DNA of 64,000 nucleotides, taken from positions 3,098-67,097 of the forward strand of contig JBOGET010000065.1 of the NCBI GenBank assembly GCA_050741975.1, in the 5' to 3' direction. Every line of letters begins with the position of its first letter. Position 1 is the stretch's first letter. The stretch is from Acidimicrobiia bacterium. GTDB taxonomy: Bacteria; Actinomycetota; Acidimicrobiia; Spongiisociales; ZC4RG35. The notes beneath the pieces are model-generated. The model searched no databases. It was given only the letters and a program-made list of their open reading frames with translations, and had not been told where the DNA came from. Shown here piece by piece: positions 17,380 to 26,382 of the stretch. The position numbers and the translations under genes were made by a program.

Positions 17380-18417
17380 TCACCCGAACTCGATCACGGT
17401 CTTGACGTCGTTCGGCTCCCGCTCGTATGCCTCCATCCATCGATCGAGAGGGACTCGACGGTTCACCACCCGCTCCAGCCAGGGCCGGTCTGTCTCGGCC
17501 AGCACCCGGGCCGCCTCCTCGTAATGACGGCGGTTGGCGTTGACCGTCCCGAAGATGGCGTCGTTCTCCAGCACCAGGTCCCGGGCCAGCCCGCTGGCGA
17601 CGAGGCGGTGGCCGGGACTGGTGACCCCGGTCAGGCACACTATCCCGTTGGGGCCCGTGTGCCCCATCACGGCGGCCACCAAATCGGGGTCGCCGGTGCA
17701 TTCCACCACGACGTCGACTCCTCTCTCGATGTCATCGAGGCCCCCGTTGTGATAGGTGGCTCCCACGTCCCGGACCAGGTCGGGCTTGGGCCCATCTGCC
17801 ACCCGGTCGAGGACATGCACCTCGTCACTCTGGCGGGTGGCGAGGAGGGTGGCGAGCAACCCGATCGGGCCCGCCCCGGTGACCAGGACCCGGGCCGGCT
17901 CCCAACGCGCCCGGCTCCCGATGTGGACGATGTGCTCCCAGGCCTTGACCACCACGCTGGCCGGCTCGACCAGGACCCCGACGGGGACCAGACCGGGGTC
18001 TACTCTCACCCCGAACCCGGCGGGAAGGGCGAACCGGTCGGAGGCGTATCCGTCGAGACCCCTGATCCCGGCCTCGGTGAACAGTCCGTTGCGGCACATG
18101 TCCCATTCCCCGACGGCGCAGTTGGGGCAGGGAACCGGGTCGGGGCGGCGGACGATGGGCACCACCAGGTCGCCCGGCTCGAGGGCGCTACTCTCAGAGG
18201 ACTCCACCACACGGCCCAGCGCCTCATGACCCAGCACGATGTCGTCACGTCCAGAAGGGGGGTGGCCCAGGTCGCCGTCGAGTATCTCGTGATCTGTGCC
18301 ACAGACCCCCACCACCAGCGTCTCGATCAACGAGTCCTCCGACCCGGGGATGGGCTCCGGCAGATCGTCGAGTCGGAGCGACTCGACTGCGCCCGGCTTC
18401 AACGTCAGCGCCTTCAT
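17380..18417 (-). CDS. Zn-dependent MDR dehydrogenase, glucose 1-dehydrogenase-like
   Basis: 345 aa. Contains VGVCGTDHE, GHEALG, structural Zn Cys residues (CPNCAVGEWDMC) and the Rossmann motif VTGAGPIG. It overlaps the GH15 gene by 4 nt. Confidence 0.85.
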   Translation of the reverse strand: MKALTLKPGAVESLRLDDLPEPIPGSEDSLIETLVVGVCGTDHEILDGDLGHPPSGRDDIVLGHEALGRVVESSESSALEPGDLVVPIVRRPDPVPCPNCAVGEWDMCRNGLFTEAGIRGLDGYASDRFALPAGFGVRVDPGLVPVGVLVEPASVVVKAWEHIVHIGSRARWEPARVLVTGAGPIGLLATLLATRQSDEVHVLDRVADGPKPDLVRDVGATYHNGGLDDIERGVDVVVECTGDPDLVAAVMGHTGPNGIVCLTGVTSPGHRLVASGLARDLVLENDAIFGTVNANRRHYEEAARVLAETDRPWLERVVNRRVPLDRWMEAYEREPNDVKTVIEFG

Positions 18418-20225
18418 CCGTGCGCGGCCCGATCTGTCGCCGGGCCCTGGCCTCCGGGGATCAGGTTGTATGCCGAGGCGATGAGCCCGAGATGACTGAA
18501 AGCTTGGGGGAAATTGCCCAGCATCCGCTTCGAGACCGGGTCGTATTCCTCGGCCAGCAACCCGACGTCGTTGCGCAGGCCCAGGAGGTATTCGAACCGT
18601 CTCTCCGCCTCGTCCCGTCTTCCCACCATGGTCAGGGCGTCGACCATCCAGAACGAGCAGAGTAGGAACGCCCCTTCGTGACCGGGAAGGCCGTCGTCGG
18701 CCTCCCCGGTCCGGTAACGAAGGATCAGGTTGTCGTCGATGGAGAGCTCGCGCTCGATGGCATCAATGGTGCCCAGCACCCGGCCGTCGGTGGGTGGAAG
18801 AAACCCGACCTGAGGGATGAGGAGCAGGGAGGCATCGAGGGCGGGTGAGCCGTAGGACTGGGTGAAGGTGTTGCGCTCGGCGTCATAGCCGCGCTGCTCG
18901 ATCTCGGACCTCACGTCGTCCCTGAGCTCCCGCCAGTGATCTACCGGGCCGTCGAGGGCCCACTGCTCGACGCATTTGACTGCCCGGTCGAAGGCAACCC
19001 AGGTCATGAGACGGGAATGGGTGAAATGGCGCGGGTTGCCACGCACCTCCCACAACCCGTTGTCGGGCTTGGCCCATTTCCCCTCCAGGTTCTCCAGCAG
19101 CAGCTTCTGTAGGTCCCATACCGTCGCCTCGTGATCCATCGCCATCCGTCGCGCCGTGTAGATGGCGTCGATCAGCTCGCCGTAGACGTCGATCTGGATC
19201 TGCTTGTGGGCGGCGTTGCCGGTCCGGACCGGGCGGGACGCCTCGTAGCCGGGCAGCCATTCCAACTCCAGCTCGGGCAGCCGGCGCTCACCGGCCACCC
19301 CGTACATGATCTGGAGGTCCTCGGGATCGCCCGCCACCGCCCGCAGCAACCAGTCCCGCCAGGCGAGAGCCTCCCGACGATGACCGGCCATGAGCAGCGC
19401 CTCGAGGGTGAAGGTGGCGTCACGCAGCCACACGAACCGGTAGTCCCAGTTGCGGGACCCGCCGAGCTCCTCCGGGAGGGAGGTGGTGGGGGCGGCAACG
19501 ATGCCGCCGGTGGGCTCATAGGTCAGGGCCTTTAGCGTGATCAGGGACCGATCGACCGCCTCCTGCCACTGGCCGTCGTAGGTGCTGGCATCGGTCCATT
19601 CCCGCCACCACTTCTCGGTGTCCTCCAGGGCCTCCTCGGGTCGGACGTCCTGCGGCGCCGGTTGGTGAGAGGCATGCCAGGTGAGGACGAACGGGACCCG
19701 ATCGCCTTTCGCCACCGTGAACTCGGCTACGGTCGTCAGGTCCTCGCCGTGGGAGTCGACCGGGGTGCTGAGGGTGAGGGCATCGGGGCCGCCCACGGCC
19801 AGCAGATGATCATCGGATCGGGTCACCCACGGGACGAGGTGGCCGTAGTCGAAGCGAATGGCCAGATCCATGCGCATCTGGACGCGACCCCGCACCCCCT
19901 CCACGATGCGGACCACGTCTGCGTTGTTGCCCCCGTCTCGCCCCCGGATCGGCATGAAGTCGATTAGACGCACCGTCCCGTCGTCGGCATCCATCTCGGT
20001 CTCGAGGACAAGAGTTCCCGGCCGGTACTGACGCCGGACTCTCCGCTGCCCGACGGCTGGAGCGATGCGCCAGCGCCCATGGCCCTCGTCACCGAGGAGG
20101 GCGGCGAGACAGGACCCGGAGTCGAAGCGGGGAAGGCAAAGCCAGTCGATCGACCCGTCCCGGGCCACCATCGCCGCCGTCTCGGTGTCGCCGATGACGG
20201 CGTAGTCCTCGATCGGCTTGCTCAT
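18414..20225 (-). CDS. glycoside hydrolase family 15 (glucoamylase/trehalase-like)
   Basis: 603 aa: IEDYAVIGDTETAAMVARDGSIDWLCLPRFDS..WLRDATFTL..EGAFLLCSFWMVDAL. Confidence 0.9.
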   Translation of the reverse strand: MSKPIEDYAVIGDTETAAMVARDGSIDWLCLPRFDSGSCLAALLGDEGHGRWRIAPAVGQRRVRRQYRPGTLVLETEMDADDGTVRLIDFMPIRGRDGGNNADVVRIVEGVRGRVQMRMDLAIRFDYGHLVPWVTRSDDHLLAVGGPDALTLSTPVDSHGEDLTTVAEFTVAKGDRVPFVLTWHASHQPAPQDVRPEEALEDTEKWWREWTDASTYDGQWQEAVDRSLITLKALTYEPTGGIVAAPTTSLPEELGGSRNWDYRFVWLRDATFTLEALLMAGHRREALAWRDWLLRAVAGDPEDLQIMYGVAGERRLPELELEWLPGYEASRPVRTGNAAHKQIQIDVYGELIDAIYTARRMAMDHEATVWDLQKLLLENLEGKWAKPDNGLWEVRGNPRHFTHSRLMTWVAFDRAVKCVEQWALDGPVDHWRELRDDVRSEIEQRGYDAERNTFTQSYGSPALDASLLLIPQVGFLPPTDGRVLGTIDAIERELSIDDNLILRYRTGEADDGLPGHEGAFLLCSFWMVDALTMVGRRDEAERRFEYLLGLRNDVGLLAEEYDPVSKRMLGNFPQAFSHLGLIASAYNLIPGGQGPATDRAAHG

Positions 20226-20247
20226 GCCCGCTCAGGCTAGGGGAGAG

Positions 20248-20634
20248 TCAGCCCCAGTCCTCGGGTGGGGCGAGCCGACCCTCGGCCACTTCGTAGTACT
20301 CGCGGAGGCTTCGACATAGCCCTTCGTGGTCGAATTCGAGCAGAAGACAGCCGGGAAGGGTGATCTCCTCACCTTCGTTCTCCATCGTCGTCCACCACTC
20401 CACCGAAGCGCGGCGACCGGCGAGGATGGGGCGGCCCATCCGAACCTCGATCTCTCGTTGGGTAGAGGTGGCCTGTCTCCAGTAAGACCTGATCCCTTCC
20501 CGCCCCAGGTGGGGGCTCTCGAAGATATTCGACCGGTAGGAGGCGTCCTCGGTGAACAAGTCTGCTGCCGCCACATCGTCAGACTGCTCCCACGCCCGGC
20601 GATAGCTCTCTACCCATGTCTCGACGTCGATCAT
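20248..20634 (-). CDS. NTF2/SnoaL-like family protein
   Basis: 128 aa: WVESYRRAWEQSDDVAAADLFTEDASYRS...VEWWTTM. Confidence 0.75.
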   Translation of the reverse strand: MIDVETWVESYRRAWEQSDDVAAADLFTEDASYRSNIFESPHLGREGIRSYWRQATSTQREIEVRMGRPILAGRRASVEWWTTMENEGEEITLPGCLLLEFDHEGLCRSLREYYEVAEGRLAPPEDWG

Positions 20635-20718
20635 GAATGGATCGTCCTGGCCCGATGGTCTAGGTCATCAACTCTGCGAAGGGTAGGCCCAGACCACGAG
20701 GACAGGTAGCGTTGGCCC

Positions 20719-22296
20719 ATGACCTCGACCGATCCGGTCCGGCTCACACCACACGTGACCTCAGACCTTCTGCGCCGGCTCGAACCCACGACCGGCTCAC
20801 GCGATCGTGATCAGATCGATGTGATCGCCCCGTTCACCCTCGAGTCGATCGGGCGGGCTCCCCAGACCACGGCGGACGACGTGGCGGCTGCGGCCAGGAC
20901 GGCCCGTCATGCCCAGCCCGGCTGGGAGTCGCTGGGCGCCGAGGAGAGGTCCAGATCCCTGCTCCGGTTCCACGACATCCTCCTCGCCCACGTCGACGAG
21001 CTGACCGACCTGATCCAGCTCGAAGGGGGCAAGGCCCGCCTCGACGCCTGGAAGGAGGTGGTCGACACCATCGGGGTCACCCGTTACATCGCCAACGTGA
21101 CCCCCGGGGCGACGAAGCGGCGTCGACATCAGGGGGCGATGCCCGTGTTCACCAAGACCTACGAGTACCGCCATGCCAAGGGCGTCGTCGGCTTCATCAG
21201 CCCCTGGAACTACCCATTCATGCTGGCGATGAGTGATGCCATCGCTGCGTTGGCCACCGGGAACGCGGTTCTGATCAAGCCCGACGAGAAGACCCCGTTC
21301 TCTGCCCTGTACGGCGCAGGGTTGTTGTCGGACGCCGGGGTGCCCCCCGGGCTGGTGCAGGTCCTGACCGGGGCCGGAGCGCCGATCGGCGAGACCATCG
21401 TCGACGCCGTCGACTACATCATGTTCACGGGGTCCACCGAGGTGGGGAGGACGATCGCCGAGATGGCCGGTCGTCGTCTGATCGGGTGCTCCATGGAGCT
21501 CGGAGGGAAGAACGCCGCTCTCGTCCTTCCCGACGCCGACATGGAGAGGACGGTCCGAGAGCTGGCGGCGGGCAGTTACGCCAACGGCGGCCAGACCTGT
21601 GTCTCGATGGAGCGGATCTACGTTCACGAGTCGATCCGGGACGAGTTCACCCGCAGGTTCGTGGAGCACTCGTCGTCCCTGCCCATCACCGCCGAGTTCG
21701 ACTTCACGAGCCAGCTCAGCTCCCTCATCGACCAGGCCCAACTGGAGCGGGTCCATGCCCACGTCGAGGAGGCGGTGGCCAAAGGGGCGACGCTGCTCAC
21801 CGGGGGCAAGCCTCGACCCGACATCGGGCCTCTCTTCTACCCGGCGACCGTCCTCACCGACGTCACCGAGGAGATGAGCATCTGCCGGGAGGAGACGTTC
21901 GGTCCGGTGGTATCCATCTACGGCTACACCGATCTGTCCGAGGCGATCGGGAAGGCCAACGACTCGGCGCACGGGTTGCACTTCAGCCTGTGGACCCGGG
22001 ACACGACCCGGGCCCTCGACATCGCCGTCCGACTCCACGCCGGCTCGGTGACCGTCAACGACGGGCTGGTGGCGAGCTGGGGCTCACACCAGGCGCCGAT
22101 GGGCGGGATGAAGGACTCGGGTCTGGGCCGTCGACATGGCCTGGAGGGCATCCTCAAGTTCACCGAGCCGCAGACGGTGGCCACCCAGCGTCTGATCCCC
22201 GCCTATTCCCCCTTCCGCGGTATCAGCCCGGGTCGTTACACCCGCCTGGTCGAGCTCTCGACCAAGGTGTTCAGGCGCCTGCCCTGGTACAGATGA
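20719..22296 (+). CDS. NAD(P)-dependent aldehyde dehydrogenase (succinate-semialdehyde DH-like)
   Basis: 525 aa. Contains FISPWNYPF, FTGSTEVGR, MELGGKNA, catalytic GQTCVS, and EETFGPV. Confidence 0.9.
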   Translation: MTSTDPVRLTPHVTSDLLRRLEPTTGSRDRDQIDVIAPFTLESIGRAPQTTADDVAAAARTARHAQPGWESLGAEERSRSLLRFHDILLAHVDELTDLIQLEGGKARLDAWKEVVDTIGVTRYIANVTPGATKRRRHQGAMPVFTKTYEYRHAKGVVGFISPWNYPFMLAMSDAIAALATGNAVLIKPDEKTPFSALYGAGLLSDAGVPPGLVQVLTGAGAPIGETIVDAVDYIMFTGSTEVGRTIAEMAGRRLIGCSMELGGKNAALVLPDADMERTVRELAAGSYANGGQTCVSMERIYVHESIRDEFTRRFVEHSSSLPITAEFDFTSQLSSLIDQAQLERVHAHVEEAVAKGATLLTGGKPRPDIGPLFYPATVLTDVTEEMSICREETFGPVVSIYGYTDLSEAIGKANDSAHGLHFSLWTRDTTRALDIAVRLHAGSVTVNDGLVASWGSHQAPMGGMKDSGLGRRHGLEGILKFTEPQTVATQRLIPAYSPFRGISPGRYTRLVELSTKVFRRLPWYR

Positions 22297-22342
22297 TGGC
22301 CGCCCGACTCCGCCCTTTCGGCAACACCGGCCGACCGGAGCG

Positions 22343-22822
22343 TCATCGCTCCGACATCTCGGTCAGGTCGGCTTCGAGGACGTCGCGGTCTTCGGGGTCT
22401 TCGATCTCGGTCAGCTTCTCCTTAGCCGCCTCCAGGTGCTCGGTGAACATCTCGACATCGTCGACCTCGGCCGCGGCCCGTGCGATCGCCTCATGGGCGA
22501 AACCGGTGACGAAGGCGTCGAGATCGTTGTCGAGACAGACGGCGAGGGACCGTTCGCCGAAGCGTAGGGCGAGTTCGGCATAGCCGAGGACGGCGGCCAC
22601 CCTCGAGATCTGCCAATCGGATATGGCCCGGTGGCGCGGGGTCCCCACCTCGTACCAGTGGTAGCGCTGGGCGAAGGCGGCGGCCAGCATCTGCTCTTCC
22701 TCCTCCCGAGTCGGCTCTGCGATGTCGAGCAGGGACCAGGTCTGATTGAACGCCATCGGGGCGAAGGTGCGGTGCCAGGTATCGAGGTCGGAGGTCGTCG
22801 GGTCCTCCACCGGGTCGGTCAT
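22343..22822 (-). CDS. conserved hypothetical protein (acidic, helical)
   Basis: 159 aa with good coding character. Its start overlaps the upstream aminotransferase stop by 4 nt. No family recognised. Confidence 0.65.
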   Translation of the reverse strand: MTDPVEDPTTSDLDTWHRTFAPMAFNQTWSLLDIAEPTREEEEQMLAAAFAQRYHWYEVGTPRHRAISDWQISRVAAVLGYAELALRFGERSLAVCLDNDLDAFVTGFAHEAIARAAAEVDDVEMFTEHLEAAKEKLTEIEDPEDRDVLEADLTEMSER

Positions 22823-24477
22823 GGCTCGATCTCCGCCGGGGTGGGGAACCAGCGGAGACGCTCGGCATCCGCCCCGAGATGGGGGGATTGGCCGACGGAA
22901 GCGGGCTCCTCGGCCAGGATCATCTTCGCTTCGGCCAGATAACTCCAGAGCTCATCCGCCGGCGCGGTCAGGGGAAGATCCATCTCAGCACCGGAGAAGT
23001 CGAGATCGGTGAGCGATGTGGGTGGTTTGGGAAGCCCGTCCCGATGCCGCCACAAGGCTGTCGCCGGCTCGTACGTGTAGAGCGGGAGCAGCCGCCATCC
23101 CTGGTCGGCGACCAGATGCACTGCCTCGAGGATGTAGGCGAACTCCTCCTCGGCGATGAAGTAGTTGAAGTTGACTCGCACCCAGCCGGGTTTGATCACC
23201 TCGCAGCCGGTTGAGATCACCTCTTCGAATCGAGAGCTGGTCTCCAGGTCGATCCCGAGCAGCCGATGCCCGTAGGGACCGGCGCAGGAGCAGCCACCCC
23301 TCGCCTGGATCCCGAACAGGTCGTTGAGCAGCGCCACCACGAAGTTGTGATGCAGGGTCCGCTCCCCGTGGCGGATGACGAAGCTGACGATCGACAGTCG
23401 CTCGGCCGCGGGGTTGCCCAGGATCTCGATGTTCGGGTTCCTGGACCACGAGTCGATGGCGCGGCGGATGAACCCGTGCTCCAGCGCTCTTATCCTCTCC
23501 ACACCGACGGTCTCCTTGAGACGGAAGGCGAGACCGGCCCGGATCGACTCGATGATCGCCGGCGTCCCGCCCTCCTCGCGATGCTCGGGGTCGGTGATGT
23601 AGCGGTGATGGTCCGGGGAGACATACTGGACGGTTCCCCCACCCGGGATCACCGGCACCTCGTTCCGGAGCAGATCACGTCGAACCACGAGCACACCCGG
23701 GGTGCCGGGGCCCCCGATCAACTTGTGGGGGGAGATGAAGATGGCGTCCTTGTAGTCACCATCGCCGGCCGTCGTCGAGCCCATCTCGATCTCCACGTAT
23801 GGTGCGGAAGCGGCGAAGTCCCAGAAGGAGAGGGCGCCGTGGGCATGGAGCAGACGGGATATGGCCGACGTGTCGGAGATGATCCCGGTCACGTTGGAGG
23901 CGGCGGAGAACGAGCCGATGAGCAGCGGCCGCCGGGCGTGCTCGACCAGCATCGTCTCCAGCTCGACGAGGTCGATGTGGCCGTCGACGTCCTCCTTGAT
24001 CTCGATCACCTCGGCGATCGACTCCCGCCAGGGCAGCTCATTGGAGTGATGCTCGTAGGGCCCGACGAAGACCACGGGCCGCTCCTCTTCGGGTATCCGC
24101 TCCTCGAGGCCATAGGTCTGGCTCAGCCCCCTGGGAATCCGGATCCCGATGAGGCCGACCAGCCGGTCGACCGCACCGGTGGAGCCGCTCCCGGCGAAGA
24201 TGACTGCGTGCTCCTCGCGGCTGGCCCCGACCGAGCGCCGGATGACCTCCCGCGCCTCCTCCCGGAACCGGGTCGTCTGGAGACCGGTCCCCGAGGTCTC
24301 GGTGTGGGTGTTGGCGTAGAGGGGGAGGACCTGGTCCCGGATGAAGTCCTCGATCATGGTCAGCGACCGTCCCGACGCGGTGTAGTCGGCGTAGGTGACC
24401 CGGCGCAGCCCGAAGGGGGTCTGCACCGCGGTGTCCTTCCCGATCACCGAATCCCGGACCTTCTCCACCAGACCCAT
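22819..24477 (-). CDS. aminotransferase class V-fold PLP enzyme (cysteine-desulfurase-like, long form)
   Basis: ORF 22819..24633 trimmed to ATG 24477 (MGLVEKVRDSVIG). Contains YADYTASGRS, YANTHTETS and PLP-lysine context FISPHKLIGGPGTPG. Confidence 0.85.
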   Translation of the reverse strand: MGLVEKVRDSVIGKDTAVQTPFGLRRVTYADYTASGRSLTMIEDFIRDQVLPLYANTHTETSGTGLQTTRFREEAREVIRRSVGASREEHAVIFAGSGSTGAVDRLVGLIGIRIPRGLSQTYGLEERIPEEERPVVFVGPYEHHSNELPWRESIAEVIEIKEDVDGHIDLVELETMLVEHARRPLLIGSFSAASNVTGIISDTSAISRLLHAHGALSFWDFAASAPYVEIEMGSTTAGDGDYKDAIFISPHKLIGGPGTPGVLVVRRDLLRNEVPVIPGGGTVQYVSPDHHRYITDPEHREEGGTPAIIESIRAGLAFRLKETVGVERIRALEHGFIRRAIDSWSRNPNIEILGNPAAERLSIVSFVIRHGERTLHHNFVVALLNDLFGIQARGGCSCAGPYGHRLLGIDLETSSRFEEVISTGCEVIKPGWVRVNFNYFIAEEEFAYILEAVHLVADQGWRLLPLYTYEPATALWRHRDGLPKPPTSLTDLDFSGAEMDLPLTAPADELWSYLAEAKMILAEEPASVGQSPHLGADAERLRWFPTPAEIEP

Positions 24478-24526
24478 CGGAATGCCATCCTCCTTGTCGC
24501 AGAACGACCACAACCTTAGGAATCCG

Positions 24527-25528
24527 ATGAGCGATGAGACGACCGTGAGCGTGGGTGGGGAGGAGGTGCGCATCTCGAGCCCGGGTCGCGTGATATTCCC
24601 AAAACAGGGGTGGACCAAGCTCGATGTGGCCAATCACTTCGCCACCGTGTCGGAGGGGGCGATTCGGGGGGTGTTCGGTCGCCCCACGATGCTGAAGCGG
24701 TACATGGGGACCGTGGACGACGCCCCGATCTATCACAAGCGTGCCGCCAAGAACACACCGTTCGAGACTGTTCAGATCCGATTCCCCTCGCAACGGCCCG
24801 GCATGATGAACGTGCCCCGGACCGAGGCGGACGTCGTCCGCCTGGTCCAGCTCGGTTGTCTCGACTTCCACCCCTGGCCGGTCCGAGCCGAGGACATCGA
24901 CCATCCCGACGAGCTCCGTTTCGACTTCGACCCCACTCCAGGGTTCGGGTTCGACAAGGTGAAGGCGGCGGCGGCGGGGATGAAGTTGCTGCTCGAAGAG
25001 GTCGGTCTGGTCGGCTGGCCCAAGACCTCGGGGAGCCGGGGGATCCACGTCTATGTCAGGATCGAGCCGCTCTGGGACTTCTTCCAGACCCGGCGGGCCG
25101 TCCTCGCCGCCGCCCGCGAGCTGGAACGGCGGATGGAGGGTCTGGTAACCACCAAGTGGTGGAAGGAGGAGCGCATCGGGGTCTTCATCGACTACAACCA
25201 GAATGCCCGGGACAAGTCGGTTTCATCCGCCTACGGGGTGCGGCCGACGGGCTTCATCTCCACGCCGATCACTTGGGACGAGCTGGCCGACGTCGCCATC
25301 GAGGACTTCCCCCTGGGCTCCTTCGCCGAGCGGTATCAGGCGGTTGGCGACTTCACCGATGGGATCGATGAGTCCGCGGGGCGGATCGACACTTTGATGG
25401 AATGGGTGGCCCGGGACCAGGAGAACGGAATCGGTGACGGCCCCTGGCCCCCGCACTACCCCAAGATGCCCGACGAGCCGCCCCGAGTCCAGCCCTCCAA
25501 GCAACGTCGCCCCGACGAGGACTATTAG
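24527..25528 (+). CDS. stand-alone LigD-type polymerase/primase (Prim-Pol) domain protein
   Basis: ORF 24395..25528 trimmed to ATG 24527 (MSDETTV). Contains LRFDFDP (DxD), KTSGSRGIHVYV and FIDYNQNARDKSVSSAYGVR. Confidence 0.9.
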   Translation: MSDETTVSVGGEEVRISSPGRVIFPKQGWTKLDVANHFATVSEGAIRGVFGRPTMLKRYMGTVDDAPIYHKRAAKNTPFETVQIRFPSQRPGMMNVPRTEADVVRLVQLGCLDFHPWPVRAEDIDHPDELRFDFDPTPGFGFDKVKAAAAGMKLLLEEVGLVGWPKTSGSRGIHVYVRIEPLWDFFQTRRAVLAAARELERRMEGLVTTKWWKEERIGVFIDYNQNARDKSVSSAYGVRPTGFISTPITWDELADVAIEDFPLGSFAERYQAVGDFTDGIDESAGRIDTLMEWVARDQENGIGDGPWPPHYPKMPDEPPRVQPSKQRRPDEDY

Positions 25529-25546
25529 CGAATCTTCTGTGTCCCG

Positions 25547-25649
25547 CTCCGGCCCTTCGGGCCACCTCCATCCTTGGGGGAGGACACGTGGCCTCCGTCT
25601 CCCCCCGCAGGGGGGGGGGTATCGCCGAAGCCGGGGGCGGGGGGACTCC
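25547..25649. repeat. modular GC-rich hairpin repeat, copy A (modules P1 25547..25588 and P2 25598..25649)
   Basis: P1 matches the reverse complement of 29079..29120 at 35 of 42 positions, counted by hand. P2 matches the reverse complement of 29121..29174 at roughly 75-80% with small indels. It contains the hairpins GGCCCttcGGGCC, CCTCC..GGAGG and C6-gca-G10. Confidence 0.8.
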
Positions 25650-25653
25650 GGGG

Positions 25654-26382
25654 CTACAGGGCGTCCCGCTTTCGTAGGGCCCAGGTGAGGACGGTGAGAC
25701 CGATCAGGATGGCGACGGCCAGCTTGGCCACTCCGCCGCCGACACCGGCGGTCACCGGGCCCAGATTGTCTAGAGCCACGTTCCCGAACCCCTCTTCGAG
25801 ACCGGCGTAGATGGAGAGGGCGATCCGCCATATCGAGAACTGGGCGAGACCGGTCACCACGTTGGCCAGGATGGTCTCGATCACGATGATGTAGCCCAGA
25901 CCCACCAGGAGGGACCGGGGGACCAGATAGCCGAGGGGGACGAAGATGGCGGCGTAGCCGACCCCGGCGGCGACATACAGGGCCAGCGACGGAAGGGCCA
26001 GTGAGAGACCGCCCCCGACGGCGAGGGCGGCGAGCACCGAGGCCAGCCAGCCACCGACACCGATGACCAAGGCGGCGGCTGTCCCCGCCGCGATCGACTG
26101 GGCCGCCATGTTGAGCCTGGCGATGGGTCTCATGTAGATGTAGGGGAGAGTGCCGCTGTCCCGCTCGTCGCGCAGGGTGGCGGTGGTCAGGATGAGGGCG
26201 GCGATGGCGTAGGTGTACCCGACCGAGGAGATGATGTCGGTGTAGAACCCGGTCAGGTCACGGTCGTCGGCGTCGAACCCGGCCAGCCAGAAGACCAGGG
26301 CAGGCACCGAGGAGAGGGCGAGGAGCCCGATCACCCGGCCCCGGCGCATGATCCGGCGGTACAAATGGAGGGCGAGGGCCAC
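25654..26382 (-). CDS. ABC-2 type transporter permease (module 2)
   Basis: Composite ORF 25654..27348 trimmed. The GTG at 26382 overlaps the ATPase stop (TAGTG); the alternative is ATG 26349 (MRRGRVIGLLALSS). The protein is polytopic and hydrophobic. Confidence 0.75.
   Translation of the reverse strand: MALALHLYRRIMRRGRVIGLLALSSVPALVFWLAGFDADDRDLTGFYTDIISSVGYTYAIAALILTTATLRDERDSGTLPYIYMRPIARLNMAAQSIAAGTAAALVIGVGGWLASVLAALAVGGGLSLALPSLALYVAAGVGYAAIFVPLGYLVPRSLLVGLGYIIVIETILANVVTGLAQFSIWRIALSIYAGLEEGFGNVALDNLGPVTAGVGGGVAKLAVAILIGLTVLTWALRKRDAL

Noticed and set aside
20797-22038. 413-aa minus-strand ORF opposite the aldehyde dehydrogenase
   Set aside because: It is an antisense artefact. The plus frame has the full ALDH motif set.
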